From an uncultured Gammaproteobacteria bacterium (GTDB taxonomy: Bacteria; Patescibacteriota; Microgenomatia; Daviesbacterales; UBA10151), in contig CAZWRN010000005.1 in NCBI GenBank assembly GCA_964636275.1, forward strand, positions 1-60,494: a stretch of DNA of 60,494 bases, read 5' to 3'. Positions 57,893-60,494 of the stretch are shown here, piece after piece. The notes beneath the pieces are model-generated. The model saw only the letters and a program-made list of their open reading frames with translations. It did not search any database and was not told the DNA's origin. Numbering within the stretch: position 1 is the stretch's first letter; every line of letters begins with the position of its first letter. Made by a program: the position numbers and the translations under genes.

Positions 57893-59149
57893 TTAATAAA
57901 ACCAATCATATTCTGGCTCAATAACTTCTTTTATGCTGCTTTTGAGCATTTTATAGATGCCGTCTTCCAAAATGGTTTGCCAGGTTCCTTCGTAATAGTG
58001 ATAGGACACCTCTTGTCCATCCCAAATTTTGGTTGAAAATTTTACGAAAACAGTATCATCAGTATTGTTATATATGCTGGTTTCTAAAATTTCTACATCT
58101 AAAACATCTCTAAAACGATGAGTCCACTCTTCGTAATTGGTTTTTTTGAGATATTCAGTACTTAGAAGTTTAAATCCTTCGGACATATTTCTGGCTTTTA
58201 AATAGGTGTAAAAGGCTTTAACTGACTCCTCGGGAGAGAGGGATGGATTCACAACAATTTTTTTTATATTTTGATCGGAAAATCCGGGAAGTACATGGTT
58301 AGCCTGGTATCCTGATACAAATAATGACAACCCAGCTAAAGATTGGGTGTTAATGCCAACTACTTTACCACACTGATCAGTCAGAGGCCCACCGCTCATA
58401 CCACTCACGACACTGATATTTGTCTGAATGTATACGATCCCATCTTTTTTTGACTGACGAAAATCAATAAAGTTTCCCCTCACTGTAGTTGCCCGCCCTG
58501 TGAGACTGGTTCCCAATGGATAACCGGTTGAAAGAAGTGGTTCATCTTTAGTGATCAGATCTTCATTTGGTAGGGGTAAAACATATTCAGGAAAATTTTT
58601 ATCCGTATAAAGCAGTGCCAGATCCACTTCTTTAGTACCAGTTATTTTGACTGGTGTAATAAATGTACCATCGGGGAAGATAATTTTCGGACTTGGTTCA
58701 CCATCGATAACATGAAAATTGGTAATTACCTGATCCGGTTTGATAAAAAATCCAGATCCCTCCGAATTTCCACCTACAATTCTGACTACAGAATCCTGTA
58801 CTTTGTCTTTGGCACCGTAAGCACAGAAAAATTTGCCAATATATCCGTACTGGCTGCTAAGATAGTCGATCATGACGAAAAGAGATACCGGGATATATAA
58901 AACCAAAAAAATAATAAACAGGCTTTTTAAAAAGTTTTTTAAACTTCTAAAGGGGAAAAATAGACATTCAAAAAAGATTTTTATCAGCGAAAAAACCAGA
59001 CCAATCAAAAATTTTAACAAATAATATAGAGAGTAGGTGACAAGTTTGAGTGGAAATAAATGAAGAGGAAAAAGCAGTCTTTTGAAATAAGCTTTTAGTC
59101 TATTTTTTAGTTCTCTTATTTTAGATTTAGCGCGATTCAACAGCGTCAT
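57893..59149 (-). CDS. Membrane-anchored trypsin-like (S1) serine protease
   Basis: TNFHV (His), DLALL (Asp), GMSGGP (Ser); start probably ATG 59149 (ORF track gives 59176). Confidence 0.85.
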   Translation of the reverse strand: MTLLNRAKSKIRELKNRLKAYFKRLLFPLHLFPLKLVTYSLYYLLKFLIGLVFSLIKIFFECLFFPFRSLKNFLKSLFIIFLVLYIPVSLFVMIDYLSSQYGYIGKFFCAYGAKDKVQDSVVRIVGGNSEGSGFFIKPDQVITNFHVIDGEPSPKIIFPDGTFITPVKITGTKEVDLALLYTDKNFPEYVLPLPNEDLITKDEPLLSTGYPLGTSLTGRATTVRGNFIDFRQSKKDGIVYIQTNISVVSGMSGGPLTDQCGKVVGINTQSLAGLSLFVSGYQANHVLPGFSDQNIKKIVVNPSLSPEESVKAFYTYLKARNMSEGFKLLSTEYLKKTNYEEWTHRFRDVLDVEILETSIYNNTDDTVFVKFSTKIWDGQEVSYHYYEGTWQTILEDGIYKMLKSSIKEVIEPEYDWFY

Positions 59150-59255
59150 TATGGTTGAGTATATCAAAAGAAACACAAAATAGAATACCGCTATGTAAAT
59201 GGATTCCTAGCATGACGAAGATATGGTGTGCATCCAGTATATACCTAGATTGGAT

Positions 59256-60494
59256 CTACATTCCTTCAATAAAGGTTTGAATAAATTCGTTTATTCTGTT
59301 TGCTACTCTTTTAATTATAGAGCCTCGTTCCAATATTCTAGGTTTTTCATTGAGCGTACTTACTAATTCGTCATTTCTAAGTTTTCTTCCGCTAAAAATA
59401 TACTCATCAAGAAGATTTTTTAGTTTTTCTTGATTGATTCCTTCGTCATGGCAAAGCGTGTTAAATGCTTCGAGTTCTTCTGTTTTCCAAAATGAGTTAA
59501 ATTCAGTCTCAACGTCATCAGAATTATCAATATATGGGATATTTTGATCTATAAATTTCAAAATTAGCTCTTTTTTGCTTCTTAAAACAGAATCTGAAGA
59601 TACAGCATCCGTTATTCTTTTGATGATTTTTCTTGAGTCTTCAATATCCGCATTTACCAATTTAGCCAGAAGTCGGAGGATATAGTCAACATTTATGTTG
59701 TCTATTCGGATTAACTCAAGTTCAAAGTCGACATCATCAAGAATTGAAACTTTTTCTTTTTCATTATTACTCTTTACCTTACTGTATAAATCTAAATATT
59801 TACTGGTAAAATCAACAAAAGTTTGTTCGTTAATAAGTGTGTCACTATACTTAAAATCAGCAAAAGTAATCAAAATATTTCTTAATCTCATTAACTCTCG
59901 AAAGGCCTTAACGAATGCAAGTTCAGATTCTTCTCCGAATAAGTTATCTACATCTGAAGGAGTAGGAGTAATCTCAAACAAATTTTGAACCGCATCATTA
60001 AACATCTGAACATAATCTTCGTATGGTTTTATGAAAATAATCTCTTTGGCTTCTTTATTACTAAATAAGGCAACCGCATCATCTGTCGCTTTTTTCAAAT
60101 TTCTGAAAACAACAATATTACCTTGAGATTTTCTTTCATCAAGTATTCTATTTGTTCTTGAATAAGCTTGTAATAAACCATGATATCTGAGGTTTTTATC
60201 AACATAGAGAGTATTTATTTTTTTAGCATCAAAGCCAGTTAAGAACATATTTACAACTAGAAGAATATCTATTCTGTTTTCTGGTAAATCAGCTGCTTTC
60301 TCTCTATTTTTTAGTTTTTCACCAATATCTCGATAATAGTTATAAAAACTCTTAGTATCTTTTGTTGTGAAGTTAGTACCAAACATTTTGTTGTAATCGG
60401 AGATATAGGAGTCTAACTTGTCGCGTGAGTGTTCGTTTATTGGGCCTTTTTCTGAAATATCAATATCATCATCTAAAAGTCCATTTGCATCTTT
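59256..60494 (-). CDS. hsdR: Type I restriction enzyme subunit R, C-terminal part (5' end outside the window)
   Basis: VVNMFLTGFDAK..NTLYVDKNL..HGLLQAYSRTNR; frame stays open to the window edge. Confidence 0.93.
   Translation of the reverse strand, partial: KDANGLLDDDIDISEKGPINEHSRDKLDSYISDYNKMFGTNFTTKDTKSFYNYYRDIGEKLKNREKAADLPENRIDILLVVNMFLTGFDAKKINTLYVDKNLRYHGLLQAYSRTNRILDERKSQGNIVVFRNLKKATDDAVALFSNKEAKEIIFIKPYEDYVQMFNDAVQNLFEITPTPSDVDNLFGEESELAFVKAFRELMRLRNILITFADFKYSDTLINEQTFVDFTSKYLDLYSKVKSNNEKEKVSILDDVDFELELIRIDNINVDYILRLLAKLVNADIEDSRKIIKRITDAVSSDSVLRSKKELILKFIDQNIPYIDNSDDVETEFNSFWKTEELEAFNTLCHDEGINQEKLKNLLDEYIFSGRKLRNDELVSTLNEKPRILERGSIIKRVANRINEFIQTFIEGM

Overview
A 60.5 kb AT-rich bacterial window, most likely Patescibacteria/CPR (Microgenomates-like). 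This is an inference from the absence of rpmD/L30 between rpsE and rplO, the compact RpoB and TGA read as stop. Layout: a surface-glycan locus (1-12.7 kb); rpoB-rpoC, rpsL-rpsG, a GreA N-domain-only gene, fusA, tuf, rpsJ; a small insert (GIY-YIG pseudogene, DUF3276, SPFH); the S10/spc/alpha operons through rplM-rpsI (28.6-45.6 kb); and an accessory region (ATPase, type IV pilin, UDG, carotenoid-like cluster, PspC, CapA, DNA-repair genes, protease, partial HsdR). The most unusual signal is non-coding. At rpoC, rpsG and probably rplE, a 54-109 nt insert bounded by 5-7 bp direct repeats leaves two copies of the gene 3' end. At rpoC and rpsG the copies encode identical peptides and differ only at synonymous sites. 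In each case an antisense arm pairs with the first copy and a hairpin precedes the second. Separately, about 16 spacers are 7-nt-periodic imperfect hairpins, often lying between an SD-like motif at the upstream stop and the next ATG. About 11 accessory genes look leaderless. All structure calls and counts were made by eye, without folding or database searches.
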